IMG/VR virus record: IMGVR_UViG_3300033475_000043
Location: 1-47,602 of that record
Strand: one strand, 5' to 3'
Length of the DNA stretch: 47,602 nucleotides
DNA from: a virus
Lineage: Duplodnaviria > Caudoviricetes
Shown here: positions 33,306-43,021 of the stretch, piece after piece
Layout: the number at the start of each line of letters is the position of its first letter
Numbering within the stretch: position 1 is the stretch's first letter
Program-made: the position numbers and the translations under genes
The notes under the pieces: model-generated
What the model was told of the DNA's origin: nothing
What the model saw: the letters and a program-made list of their open reading frames with translations, nothing else
The model's database searches: none

Positions 33306-33991
33306 TGCCAGTGCTCTTTCACCCACGGCAAGGAAACGAACTGCGACGGGTCTCGGTTACCGGGGAAGCAAACAATTCGCGCGTTCGACGGGAGCGCGTC
33401 ACCCTTCGGCCAAGCAGGCTTACGGAACGCATAGATCCCGCTTTCACCCACCTTCCAACCGGGGGCGCCGGGGAGCTTGTGCGCGAACCATCCTTGATCG
33501 TCGGGAAACTCATAGAATGGAACACGCGATGCAGCCTCAATAGAAAAATCTTCCCAAACATCGTGCCGCCAACCTGCCCTGACCATCCAGACTGAACCAT
33601 TGTACGGACACGGATTCGCTGCATTGGCGCCTTGCAAGATCAGAAAGTCAGCGGATGTATTGAATAAGTAATCAATTGACCCTGTGATCACGCTGTCTAG
33701 ATCAAGGCAAACGATGCGGTCGCCGATGTTAAAATGCCATTCTTGAAATTCTCGATCGAAGATACGCAGACGAGCAAAGCACCCTTTGATCTTTGTAAGT
33801 TCAAGATCACGAATGAGCGGAACGATCTCGACCTCATTTCCCATTTTGTCCAGGCCGTCCCGGTAAAGGTCGTCCGTGATTAACATCAGCCGGTGATTGC
33901 AAACGCTGTGTCGGCGAATTGATCCGAAAAGGCGTTTGACGTATTCCAGATCGTACTTTTCGCCCCACAGGAACGTTACGTACGTCAGCAT
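33302..33991 (-). CDS. GT-A-fold glycosyltransferase-like protein
   Basis: WGEKY...YV.RL, LDLDSVI.G.ID, NGSV, DQ.W and RIVCF.G..DP. Confidence 0.75.
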   Translation of the reverse strand: MLTYVTFLWGEKYDLEYVKRLFGSIRRHSVCNHRLMLITDDLYRDGLDKMGNEVEIVPLIRDLELTKIKGCFARLRIFDREFQEWHFNIGDRIVCLDLDSVITGSIDYLFNTSADFLILQGANAANPCPYNGSVWMVRAGWRHDVWEDFSIEAASRVPFYEFPDDQGWFAHKLPGAPGWKVGESGIYAFRKPAWPKGDALPSNARIVCFPGNRDPSQFVSLPWVKEHWQ

Positions 33992-34196
33992 GTATTGCCT
34001 GTGCTTCCTCGATCACTAACGTTGCCTGATCAAAAAGATCAGAATGCAATTGCGGATCTTTGTCGATTGCTTCGCTCGCAGCCTTCATGGCCGCAGAAAA
34101 ACCTTCAATTTTCAGCTCAGACCACAAAGGCGCACCCGGCTGCGCGGTGCGTTCGTAATAGAGACGCGCCAAGATTGGGAACGGAACTGAAGTCAT
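33834..34196 (-). CDS. Hypothetical protein
   Basis: ATGA overlap with the upstream gene; 3' part overlaps the next gene. Confidence 0.4.
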   Translation of the reverse strand: MTSVPFPILARLYYERTAQPGAPLWSELKIEGFSAAMKAASEAIDKDPQLHSDLFDQATLVIEEAQAIHADVRNVPVGRKVRSGIRQTPFRINSPTQRLQSPADVNHGRPLPGRPGQNGK

Positions 34197-34861
34197 TTGC
34201 GCAACATCACCGCGGTATAGTCGATCTTCTCTAGCCGACTAATCATATCGCCGCCGAAGTATTCATCGACCGCCTTCCGAGCCCCTTGCCAGTGCCCATA
34301 GTCATCAACGATCAGAACGCCACCGGTTGGCACAAGCGGCCAGAGAACTTCAAGTTCAATCTTGGTCGAGGCATACCAGTCAGTATCAAGGCGGAGCAAC
34401 GCAATTTGTTCAGGCAACGGTCCACTCTTAAGCGTTTGGCAAACGTCACCCTCGACATACCTAAGCTTCAATTCGTCATTAACGCCAAGCTTTTCCATTG
34501 TCTCGATGACTTCAGACGCCGGAGACTTGTTCCACTTCAGCCCCTTAGCGCGCATTTCGCCGAACTTCTTTGAAGCCGGCTGTCCGTTCCTGTGAAGATC
34601 TTGCTGACCAGGCTTCGTCATTCCATCGAACGTATCGTATAGCCAGCAAACACGGTTTGGCGAAACCATACGAGCTAGAGCAATGGATCCGCCTTTCCAC
34701 ACGCCACATTCAACTACATCTCCGACTACTTCGTATTTGTCCAGATCGACAAGCGCGTCGATTAAAGCAACCCTTCGCTCTATGCTCGTCTTTGTATACG
34801 GCGCAACCGCATAGCAAAGAGACTCTTTCCATTTATCCATTAACGAATCGCGCTCGGTCAT
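34193..34861 (-). CDS. TylF/MycF-family sugar O-methyltransferase
   Basis: GDVVECGVWKGGS, YDTFDGM, IALLRLDTDWYAST and IVDDYG.W.G.RKAVDEY; start uncertain (34861 or 34840). Confidence 0.88.
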   Translation of the reverse strand: MTERDSLMDKWKESLCYAVAPYTKTSIERRVALIDALVDLDKYEVVGDVVECGVWKGGSIALARMVSPNRVCWLYDTFDGMTKPGQQDLHRNGQPASKKFGEMRAKGLKWNKSPASEVIETMEKLGVNDELKLRYVEGDVCQTLKSGPLPEQIALLRLDTDWYASTKIELEVLWPLVPTGGVLIVDDYGHWQGARKAVDEYFGGDMISRLEKIDYTAVMLRK

Positions 34862-35402
34862 TCCACAACACACCGATTCCATTATGACGTTGCTGAAAGC
34901 GAATCTCGACAAACGGCTCCTGCCTCACACTGAGCCAAAACGCCTTGGTTTCGATCGCTGTCTTTCCATCCTTTGGTTCATGTGAAATGTCGTGCATAGC
35001 TACCATCTTCGCGAGCGGAGAATAATTTTGCCAATCTGCCGTTACGCCGGCAGTTGAATGATCTCCATCAATAAACACACAATCAAATTGGCCAAACTTT
35101 TTTACGAACTCAACAGTCTTCGACATTTGTGAATTGCCAGACACAAGCTTACCGCGATGACCCATGGCGACAATCGTTTTTAACGCGTCGTCAAGTTCGT
35201 CGCGCGGTTCACTGTCAACCATTACAATCAAACTCGGAACTATAAGGGCATGTGCAACTTGTAGCGCAGATCCTCCTTGATATGAACCAATCTCAAGATA
35301 TGAACGAACGTTCTCGCGTCGCAAGATATCAAGAAACCAAGAAAATTCAGAAGGATTCTGCTTTGTCTTCATGGCGAGAGAAGCAGGTTTTGGTCCTGGC
35401 AT
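34833..35402 (-). CDS. SAM-dependent methyltransferase (Methyltransf_24-like)
   Basis: YLEIGSYQGGS, FIDGDH and HDI. Confidence 0.85.
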   Translation of the reverse strand: MPGPKPASLAMKTKQNPSEFSWFLDILRRENVRSYLEIGSYQGGSALQVAHALIVPSLIVMVDSEPRDELDDALKTIVAMGHRGKLVSGNSQMSKTVEFVKKFGQFDCVFIDGDHSTAGVTADWQNYSPLAKMVAMHDISHEPKDGKTAIETKAFWLSVRQEPFVEIRFQQRHNGIGVLWNDRARFVNG

Positions 35403-35405
35403 GAT

Positions 35406-35477
35406 TTATCCATAAGCCTCAATTAGAATATACATCATCAACACAAAGCCAATGATTACCAGTATTCCCTCGACCAT
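35406..35477 (-). CDS. 23 aa single-TM peptide (not in ORF track)
   Basis: MVEGILVIIGFVLMMYILIEAYG fills an intergenic gap. Confidence 0.35.
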   Translation of the reverse strand: MVEGILVIIGFVLMMYILIEAYG

Positions 35478-35523
35478 CCTTCACCGTAAATCAAAACTAG
35501 TAGCACAGCTAATGCCGCGCCTA

Positions 35524-36141
35524 TCAAAGGCCATGCAAGCCAATACATGTGTCCGCAGCAGTGTGTATACCGATCACATTAGCCCCCTCGACAATGGCAA
35601 CAACACCTGGAATGTCAGTCGCCCCATTCCACGCAATCGGTGCATCGTAAAGATTTCCGTTGTGTGCATATTCGACTAACAAATGAATATCCGAGAACTT
35701 CACGCCTTGCGGTAGAGTATCAACTTGCGCAAGAGCGGTTTCGGCTGCAACAATGGCATGAACCATTGGAGCTGGCATGTGAACCGTAAGACCTTCGGTC
35801 AATCCAGGAAATATTGCAGTATATGTCCCTGGTGAAATTTCCGAGATCTGCATTGTCAGCGTTTCGCCTGGATGAACCGTAACCGCGTGATCCGCAGTCG
35901 TCCCATTCGTCCCAGGAATCAGCGGGTAGACATTATCCTGTACCTGCCAAACATGCTGACCCGAATTCCATATCAGCAGGTTTTGCACAACCATAGAATT
36001 GTTCTGATCCTGGAATCCGATCCAGTAAAAAAACAAATTCGATGGATTATTAGTTGGCGCATCTGGAACAGTCAGGACAGCATCAAATTGAGCAAGATGG
36101 CCAGCCGCAAGATGTGCTAGTTGATAAGCGAATTCGTTCAC
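35524..36141 (-). CDS. Hypothetical beta-rich protein
   Basis: GTGA overlap with an upstream micro-ORF; VP..P...FYWIG.Q....VVQ..L.W pattern. Confidence 0.6.
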   Translation of the reverse strand: MNEFAYQLAHLAAGHLAQFDAVLTVPDAPTNNPSNLFFYWIGFQDQNNSMVVQNLLIWNSGQHVWQVQDNVYPLIPGTNGTTADHAVTVHPGETLTMQISEISPGTYTAIFPGLTEGLTVHMPAPMVHAIVAAETALAQVDTLPQGVKFSDIHLLVEYAHNGNLYDAPIAWNGATDIPGVVAIVEGANVIGIHTAADTCIGLHGL

Positions 36142-36245
36142 CTAAGGCCCATAGCCCGCAACGCGCCGCTCCAGGCCCAAGCAAAAAACCAAAGAGATAA
36201 TCCAACACTGCCCATAACAATTAAAAATAGGCAAAATGCAAACAT
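36138..36245 (-). CDS. 35 aa single-TM peptide (not in ORF track)
   Basis: MFAFCLFLIVMGSVGLSLWFFAWAWSGALRAMGLR; its stop overlaps the next start. Confidence 0.45.
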   Translation of the reverse strand: MFAFCLFLIVMGSVGLSLWFFAWAWSGALRAMGLR

Positions 36246-36283
36246 TAAATCAGCCCAGCAAACATATGGTTTTTTAATTCTCG

Positions 36284-36862
36284 TTAATGCCACAAGACAC
36301 CTATGCCCATGTTGCCGCCCGCCGACCTATCAATAAACGTCTGGCTTCTATAAGCGACGCGGAGCTGTTCCCAGAGTTGTGGAACCTCGACAAACTTGCT
36401 ATTTTGATAACCTTCAGGAACCTTCCAGCCGACGTCATGAAAGGCGACTATGCGCGCCATCGGACCGTAATTCTTCCAATCAGCAGTTACGCCAGCTAAT
36501 TCGTGGTCGCCATCTATAAACACGGCATCATATGGGCCAAGCTTTTGCACCTGTCTGACAACGTGATCGTATTGCGACTCACCTTTGATCAAATGCGTGT
36601 CATAGCCGCGCACCTTCAGAACCCGCACGCATTCCTCTAGCGACTCAACAGCGCCAGCCTGTCGGCCGCCCATACCCTTGCCGCTATCACAAGAGACAAG
36701 GCGCGACCCTTTGGGCAGCACCTTGGCAATACGCCATAGCGATCCGCCAAAGCGAGAACCAATCTCAAGAAAGCGTGTGACGTTTTCGGCCTTAAGAATA
36801 TCAAGGAATTGCGAGAACTCGGTTTCAACCTGCGAGATCCTGGTTTCATATAAACGATTCAT
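36284..36862 (-). CDS. SAM-dependent methyltransferase (Methyltransf_24-like)
   Basis: FLEIGSRFGGS, FIDGDH and VAFHDV; third paralog. Confidence 0.85.
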   Translation of the reverse strand: MNRLYETRISQVETEFSQFLDILKAENVTRFLEIGSRFGGSLWRIAKVLPKGSRLVSCDSGKGMGGRQAGAVESLEECVRVLKVRGYDTHLIKGESQYDHVVRQVQKLGPYDAVFIDGDHELAGVTADWKNYGPMARIVAFHDVGWKVPEGYQNSKFVEVPQLWEQLRVAYRSQTFIDRSAGGNMGIGVLWH

Positions 36863-37425
36863 TGACGCTTCCAAATTGCCGCAATACCAAGCTCGTCAGA
36901 CATATGGCTTGTATGAATTCGCTTAAGCCCCACGTCACCCAAATCTCCGTCCAGTTTCTTCATCTCTTTGAAATTGGCCGAATGATCGTGGCTGGTGCCG
37001 CGCCATGCAAACCACCGGATCGTGCGCCTACCAAGATGCCGCATAAGCTCCGATAGAAGCGCAGGATCCATCTGGCGTTTAAGTTTGTGATAAGTGGCAA
37101 GTAATGTAACGATATCGTATCCACCATCCCCGAAAGGCTTTAGTGCTGCCGGACCACAACGAAGGTCGACGACCTCGAATTGCGACTTGACTGCGCGCAA
37201 ATCGACAAACCAGTTCCGCGCAGTCTTGATGCTGTCGCTATCGATATCGCATCCATGAACAATGCGCGCGCCATTATTGAAGAAATCGAAGCAGACTTTG
37301 CCACGATTGCAGCCGACATCCAGAACGGACATTCCGCCAGCACGAACTAGCAAATCTATGATCCCGTCAAGCCGTTGGTCAGTGAAGCCGGCCACACGGG
37401 CTTGAGGTCTAACTTCCTTGCTCAC
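36859..37425 (-). CDS. Class I SAM-dependent methyltransferase
   Basis: SVLDVGCNRG...HGCDID...YDIV..LATYH. Confidence 0.85.
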   Translation of the reverse strand: MSKEVRPQARVAGFTDQRLDGIIDLLVRAGGMSVLDVGCNRGKVCFDFFNNGARIVHGCDIDSDSIKTARNWFVDLRAVKSQFEVVDLRCGPAALKPFGDGGYDIVTLLATYHKLKRQMDPALLSELMRHLGRRTIRWFAWRGTSHDHSANFKEMKKLDGDLGDVGLKRIHTSHMSDELGIAAIWKRQ

Positions 37426-38195
37426 TTCAAATATGCCCTTGCAGCAGATTCCACTTCGTCAACACTAATCGCCATCATTGCTTGCAAACAGTGATCGCAT
37501 TTGAAGAGCGATCCGCACGCTTCCGCGCCGCCCGTCAAATTGGTGTGCATGTCGTAACCAGTGACTTGCGGCGGAATGAACCCCCCAAACATCACAACGG
37601 CGGGAACCCCGAGCGCAGCCGCCGCATGATGCAGTCCGCCCTCAGGCCCGATATAGAGAGCAGCGCTTTTGAGTATGGACGCGGCCTCGCGAAACGTTGC
37701 TGACTTGATATAGCCAGCGCTTGGAACACGATGCCCAGCCCCATAAACAAATTGGACAACTTTAAAGCCAGATATGCGAAGATTAAGAGCAACCTGATCA
37801 TAACGCTCCGTTGGCCATTGCTTGTTGGGAGCCACACTCTTGAAACGAGGAACTTGTGGCTCAATAACAACAAAACCCTTGCCGTGAAGCTCTGCGCGTT
37901 TCAGCTCCGGTTGTCGCCAAACGAACTCGCCAGGTTTAGCTTTGAAATCGTAATTCCAAACCCAACGATTGCCATCTTGCTTGTTATAGATTCTATGGCC
38001 GCGATAGAAGCTGACCCACTCAAGCTGTTTTGAAAGTTCTTCTCCTGGACGCGCGACATTTTCGTTGTAGCGAAAGATTGGTTCAGAGAAGTGATCCCAG
38101 ATTATCTTCCGGCCGTCGCCGAATGCGACTCGCCGACCGCGCTTGGATGCGCCTCTTGCCATACCAGAGGCCATGATGTTGTCGCCAACGCCCAC
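37422..38195 (-). CDS. GT9 (heptosyltransferase-like) glycosyltransferase
   Basis: GVGDNIM, NKQWP.ERY and ALYIGPEGGLHHAAAALGVPAVVMFG. Confidence 0.85.
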   Translation of the reverse strand: MGVGDNIMASGMARGASKRGRRVAFGDGRKIIWDHFSEPIFRYNENVARPGEELSKQLEWVSFYRGHRIYNKQDGNRWVWNYDFKAKPGEFVWRQPELKRAELHGKGFVVIEPQVPRFKSVAPNKQWPTERYDQVALNLRISGFKVVQFVYGAGHRVPSAGYIKSATFREAASILKSAALYIGPEGGLHHAAAALGVPAVVMFGGFIPPQVTGYDMHTNLTGGAEACGSLFKCDHCLQAMMAISVDEVESAARAYLK

Positions 38196-38954
38196 TCACG
38201 CACCAAACGACAGCATCGCCGCAGCGTATTGTCCCCTTGCTTGAAACCACTCTTCCGCATACTCGCATGTCTCGTATCCAGGCATGTCAGGAACGCCGGC
38301 CGTAAAGTGGACGACCTTCGGCTCAACCGTCTTTTTGGTGTGCCCGACAAGATAATTATATTCAGGCCCGAGCTCGCCAATCTCGCAATCGTCTAACCAG
38401 GAAAAAGCGTGCAGGTCGCGTCCAGGAACAGAGTTGACGAAGTCGAGCGTGTAGGTCGGCGGTTGATTTGCCGGATGGCTGCAATTGATCAGCATAAAGC
38501 TTGACCAATTCTTGCGGTCATATTTTGTCTGAACCTGTCCATCCATCTTGCGCTTGTTGCGTGGCGAATAATCGTGCTTGACGCAATAGAGCGCGATGGT
38601 TGGATCGAGATTTTCGAACAACTCCGATATATCGCTGCGAACCAGAATGTCGCCGTCCATAAACAGCGCCCAGCCTTCCTTGGCTAGGAACGGAACCAAG
38701 AACCGTGCGTTGGCATGTTCAGTACTGATCGAACCGTCGTAATCAGACCGTGCCGAAAGTGTATCAATCAAACGTCCATTCCGACGCTCGGTCGGCCGCC
38801 TATAAAGTCCAGTCTCCTGCAACACGCCAAGGTGTAGCTTATGCACTGGCACATGCGAGCGCAGATGATGGATTAATGAACCGCGCGCGACTTGAAAAGC
38901 GACTTCCTCGCGCGGATCATACCCGATGTAAATTGAATTCAAAGAAGTTCCCAT
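38196..38954 (-). CDS. GT8-like glycosyltransferase
   Basis: IYIGYDPRE, RFLVPFL..GWALFMDGD, RKNWSSFML and HFT.G.P. Confidence 0.85.
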   Translation of the reverse strand: MGTSLNSIYIGYDPREEVAFQVARGSLIHHLRSHVPVHKLHLGVLQETGLYRRPTERRNGRLIDTLSARSDYDGSISTEHANARFLVPFLAKEGWALFMDGDILVRSDISELFENLDPTIALYCVKHDYSPRNKRKMDGQVQTKYDRKNWSSFMLINCSHPANQPPTYTLDFVNSVPGRDLHAFSWLDDCEIGELGPEYNYLVGHTKKTVEPKVVHFTAGVPDMPGYETCEYAEEWFQARGQYAAAMLSFGA

Positions 38955-39574
38955 GCGTTTAAGGCGCGTTCGATCGTCAATTTCGTGAAACACGAGAGTG
39001 CGGATTCTTTCGAACCGTTGACCACTTCCACGCCAAGCTGTCGCAGTTGGACAGCCGCAACGTTGAACGCGGCGATCCATCGTTTGAAATTATCCTCGCC
39101 AGGATTGTTTCGCCCCATCCCATTGTTGCGTCCGTACCAATGCAATCCCCTATTAGAATGCATGTCGAACCCAACAAGTAAGATGCGCTTAACGCCACAC
39201 TGAACCGCTAGATTAACCGCCTGAAATCCCGAGTTTCCACCAGAACCAACCAAACCCGGCTTGCCAGTCAATATTCGGTCTTCGTGCTTATTGATCTCGA
39301 TCAACTTGATGTCATGATATTGTTGACGCAAACCCGCGTCCCAACTGACCTTGATTCCTTTGTATTTGGGCAACCCGAGTCGGTTTTTCCAGAACCAACC
39401 ATCGCAACCGTAAACCATTGCCGCGTTCGGAAGCAGATCGACGTTCTCTTTTATGGCGAGCACCGGCAACCGATCGAGAAACGCTAGCTTTTCGCCCTTG
39501 GTTGACGGCCCCGATGCAACGATTGCGATCGACGCGCCTTCCCAATTTGGGAACCAATCTAATCGTCCGGCCAC
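38939..39574 (-). CDS. MptE/Maf (DUF115)-like, sialyltransferase-fold protein
   Basis: IVASGPS and GGNSGFQAVNLA...G.KRILLVGFDM. Confidence 0.65.
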   Translation of the reverse strand: MAGRLDWFPNWEGASIAIVASGPSTKGEKLAFLDRLPVLAIKENVDLLPNAAMVYGCDGWFWKNRLGLPKYKGIKVSWDAGLRQQYHDIKLIEINKHEDRILTGKPGLVGSGGNSGFQAVNLAVQCGVKRILLVGFDMHSNRGLHWYGRNNGMGRNNPGEDNFKRWIAAFNVAAVQLRQLGVEVVNGSKESALSCFTKLTIERALNAWELL

Positions 39575-40062
39575 AAAGCTGGATCCAGCTCGTCACCAAA
39601 ATATCTCGGCGTTTCTTCAGGTTCGCCGCCGCTTAAGTTCTTAACAATTATCTCCTGACCAATCGTCCCAACGGCGCCGAGCATCACTTGAGAACTCCGC
39701 GCACGCCCAAGCATGGCGAGCGAAGCTTTCATGAATGATCGCTGCGCTTGCAATCCGACAGAGCGCCCGACGATATCAAGTTGGCTGTCAAAATCTGCCG
39801 ATAGCGATGAACTCTCAGAAAACTCAATACCATCTAGCTCAATATCAAGTTTCCCATTAACCGATTGGTCGCCCTGACCAGTCGTAGCAAAGAACGCAAC
39901 AGGAGGCGGAGGTTCAATCGGCCTCCGATAAGGAAGCCCGCTTGATCGCCCGCCGCTCGTCTGATCTTCGATAAAGACGTCTTCAAAAATAAGATCGCTG
40001 TTTTCGTCAAGTAAGTCGTCAAACCCTTCGTCCTCGATCGGACTCTGGATTAACGTGCTCAC
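39559..40062 (-). CDS. Hypothetical structural protein with N-terminal acidic PIxDE tag
   Basis: Located in the head module; shared N-terminal motif. Confidence 0.6.
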   Translation of the reverse strand: MSTLIQSPIEDEGFDDLLDENSDLIFEDVFIEDQTSGGRSSGLPYRRPIEPPPPVAFFATTGQGDQSVNGKLDIELDGIEFSESSSLSADFDSQLDIVGRSVGLQAQRSFMKASLAMLGRARSSQVMLGAVGTIGQEIIVKNLSGGEPEETPRYFGDELDPALWPDD

Positions 40063-40065
40063 CGG

Positions 40066-40488
40066 CTACGCGCCTAGCGTAGCTTTCGCCACCGTATGCA
40101 CGAACCCGGAACAGCTCACAGTGACACCGGCAACAATATGTGTCGTCGGCAGGATCAGATTAGCGTCGCGCGTGCCCACTGAAATATCCATCACCGCGGT
40201 TTTGTGATCTGGCCGGTAACACCGCGCCCACGTCGCATTTTGAACGGTGCGGGTCGCGACGGCCGAACTAATGGGATTGGCCGCGACTTGCCCGTTTTCC
40301 GCTTTGAGAAAAGCCGGCGATCCAAAACGAAGGGAGACGCATCGGTTGTTGTTAGTGGCGGGATTCGCATCTGCGGTTTCCGGCTGCTCACCATCAAAAA
40401 TGTCGATGTACCCACCATCGAGCAGCATAGCGAGAACATCAGCCTGCGCATCGACCGCGATTGACGAAAGGCGCGAACGCTTGGCCAT
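40066..40488 (-). CDS. Putative head decoration/structural protein
   Basis: L.GG.I.IFDG.QP..AD...ATWAR...VMD.SVG...A.L pattern seen in alphaproteobacterial phages. Confidence 0.65.
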   Translation of the reverse strand: MAKRSRLSSIAVDAQADVLAMLLDGGYIDIFDGEQPETADANPATNNNRCVSLRFGSPAFLKAENGQVAANPISSAVATRTVQNATWARCYRPDHKTAVMDISVGTRDANLILPTTHIVAGVTVSCSGFVHTVAKATLGA

Positions 40489-40491
40489 TAT

Positions 40492-41646
40492 TTACCTAGA
40501 CCGAGCATCACGGCCACGCTTGACACACAATTTCCAGTCCTGGCCGTCTTCCGGCTTGGCTGTTGTGTCGGTCTGCGCGATAAACATCGAACCTGCAAAG
40601 GTTACACAGTCACCTTCGTCATAGAATTCGCCATCTTTCCAGACGCCAACATAAACCGGCATGACGTGTTTGAATTCACGATTAAACCGACGTCCTCCAG
40701 TGTAAACGGTCGTCCGAACAATCATGCGGCCATCGATCGTCTCGAATTCGTCGGCAATACCCTCGAGGATCACCGACCAGCCGGCCGCAATGATATCGCC
40801 GTCGACAACCGGGGATGTCTCGCGCTCGGCCCGAATTAACCCACCGCGCCACCGTGCCACGACGCCTGATGTGTAGCTGCGGCTTTCATCAATACCGGGG
40901 AGGATCTGAAGCTCGTGAGCATCGCGTCCCGCGCGCCCGGTTGCTCCCGGTTCACCATCCTTGCCAGGCTCACCGCGGCCAACGCCGCAATTGACAATCC
41001 GGCCGTCCGACAGACGCAAGAGCAAAGCGCCATCGCCATCGAACTTGCCATCCATCACAGACGCACCACGCTCGCCGTCCCGGCCCTTTACGATGCCGAT
41101 TTCTCGCGTTGTGCCATCTGCAAACATGGCGACGAGCTCGCCGTCACCATTGACTGTCCATTGCAAAGGCTGAAGCGGTAATTCACCGACAGCCTTTTCG
41201 ACCGCGCCGTCGACAAACTCTTGCACTAAATCCATATCGGCCGGCTCGCCGTCAACGCCGTCCTTGCCGTCTGCACCATCCTTACCATCGACACCATCGC
41301 GACCGTCTTTTCCTGGTTCCCCGTCGAGACCCGGCGCGCCGTCCGCGCCATTTATGCCGTCAGCACCATCCTTACCGTCGATGCCGTCCCGGCCATCTTT
41401 TCCTGGCCCTCCGTCGCGTCCGGGAGCACCGTCTTTACCATCTGTGCCATCCGAACCAGGCGCGCCAGGCTCGCCCGGAAAGCCTTGTAGACCCCTCTCA
41501 CCAGGCTCGCCCTTTTCAGGGAATGGCCGCGCCTCAAGCTCGGCAATCTTCGCCTGCAAAGGCTCGATCGCGTCTGCGATCATGTCATGCATAACCCGCG
41601 CCGTAGCCTTCAGTATGGCGCTTCGCTCGACGTCAGCCATATGCAT
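40492..41646 (-). CDS. Collagen-like (Gly-X-Y) head-associated protein
   Basis: Long G-x-x run (GKDGRDGIDGKDG); C-terminal Y.GVW....Y..GD.VT.AGS...W.LCVKRGRD. Confidence 0.85.
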   Translation of the reverse strand: MHMADVERSAILKATARVMHDMIADAIEPLQAKIAELEARPFPEKGEPGERGLQGFPGEPGAPGSDGTDGKDGAPGRDGGPGKDGRDGIDGKDGADGINGADGAPGLDGEPGKDGRDGVDGKDGADGKDGVDGEPADMDLVQEFVDGAVEKAVGELPLQPLQWTVNGDGELVAMFADGTTREIGIVKGRDGERGASVMDGKFDGDGALLLRLSDGRIVNCGVGRGEPGKDGEPGATGRAGRDAHELQILPGIDESRSYTSGVVARWRGGLIRAERETSPVVDGDIIAAGWSVILEGIADEFETIDGRMIVRTTVYTGGRRFNREFKHVMPVYVGVWKDGEFYDEGDCVTFAGSMFIAQTDTTAKPEDGQDWKLCVKRGRDARSR

Positions 41647-43021
41647 ACATCCGCAATTCTATTTCGGCTTCGCGTGCCGTTTGTGCTTCATCAGCGGGAG
41701 GTGGATTGTCAGCCGGTGCAGGTGCGCTAGCCGGCGCAGCTCCCGACCCCGTCGCAAATGGATCTGCCTTCGCGTCACGCTTAGCAAGCGCCGCAAGGGA
41801 ATAATTCTGTTGCTGCAAATACACCTCGTCACCACCGGTGACCGGTGGCAGATCGAACTTCGCTCGCCCTTCATTCGGCTTCATCAAGCCGCCCTTGATC
41901 GCATTAGTAACCGCCTCAACTTTAGTTGCGGTGTCCATACGCAAGAGATCATCAAGATCGAAACGAACGCGCATGGCTTGCGGGCCATCCGCGACTAACC
42001 CAAGCCCAACATCAAGCGCGACCTCGATCGACTTGATATGAATTTGTAAACACTGATCGAGATAGAGTTGCGCCAGCGATTCAACGTTTGTGATACCGCG
42101 AGGCAACTCCGCCGCAGTAACCATGTAGGTCGGAACATGGAACACGCTGCAAACAGTTTCAGCGCTCCACTTAAGCTGCTCAATCAACTGCGCATCGACC
42201 GCATTGACTGAAATGCTTTGATAGGCAAGTCCGTCGCCAAGAACAGCCACACGGCCGACATTGTCGCCGCTGTAGTTTTGTTCCCAATGCGTTTTGATGC
42301 GCGTGGCAACATCTTGGCTGATTTGAGCTGGCGCGGTGATTATTCCGCTAGGCTGGGCACCATTACGGAAAAACCGATCCGAATTGCGCTGTATGTTGAG
42401 GCCTTGGGAAGCAGCCAAGGCGCAAGCAGTTATGGGGGAAACGCCGCAGAGGGGATGGAAGAGCGGCGACATGACGTCATGAATTACTTCGTCGGCGGGG
42501 ATGCCTTCGAGATCTTGAGTAACGCCAGACAGGGGATCGGCGCCAATATTGTAGTAAACCGAGCCATCTGGCCCGACAGCAGGACGAATGCGGAAAGGAT
42601 CGAGCACATATAGCCTGGTCACGATTCCGCGGTTGTCGCGTTCTTTCAAAACGTAGGCGTTGCCGTTTAGTAATTTAGACATCACCCATTGTTGGATGAA
42701 CTGCACCGCGTTTTGATAATCATTCGGCTTTCGTAGCACAGGCGAAAAAGCAGGATTGGCAATCGATGACCAAATACCGTTGCCATCTTTGCCCTCAAGA
42801 TTGATAGATAGCTTTGCAATGTCCGCCGCGATCAAGCTCACACAAGCATACACCGCATGAAAGCTCAGAATATTGACGCTTGGATCAACAATCTCTTGAT
42901 TTCGTTGCCACGCACCGCGAAAGGGCTCCCGAATAATCGGAAACCAACCTCCACCATATGGCGTCAGATTATAGTTTGCAGACTTACGCGATCGCGTAAG
43001 CTCAAACCCAAAGAGCTTCAT
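41633..43021 (-). CDS. HK97-family portal protein
   Basis: AVYACV.LIA.DIA, PN.YQ, LLNGNAY, F.NGA.PSG and PNE.R...DLPP..GGD. Confidence 0.95.
   Translation of the reverse strand: MKLFGFELTRSRKSANYNLTPYGGGWFPIIREPFRGAWQRNQEIVDPSVNILSFHAVYACVSLIAADIAKLSINLEGKDGNGIWSSIANPAFSPVLRKPNDYQNAVQFIQQWVMSKLLNGNAYVLKERDNRGIVTRLYVLDPFRIRPAVGPDGSVYYNIGADPLSGVTQDLEGIPADEVIHDVMSPLFHPLCGVSPITACALAASQGLNIQRNSDRFFRNGAQPSGIITAPAQISQDVATRIKTHWEQNYSGDNVGRVAVLGDGLAYQSISVNAVDAQLIEQLKWSAETVCSVFHVPTYMVTAAELPRGITNVESLAQLYLDQCLQIHIKSIEVALDVGLGLVADGPQAMRVRFDLDDLLRMDTATKVEAVTNAIKGGLMKPNEGRAKFDLPPVTGGDEVYLQQQNYSLAALAKRDAKADPFATGSGAAPASAPAPADNPPPADEAQTAREAEIELRMYAYG

Noticed and set aside
29162-36152. Isolated TAGGCCC / TAAGGCCC matches near 29166 and 36143
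   Set aside because: They are antisense within minus-strand genes and have no stop-ATG geometry; consistent with chance.
41264-41998. 244 aa Pro/Ser-rich plus-strand ORF
   Set aside because: Antisense shadow of the collagen-like repeat and the portal 3' end.
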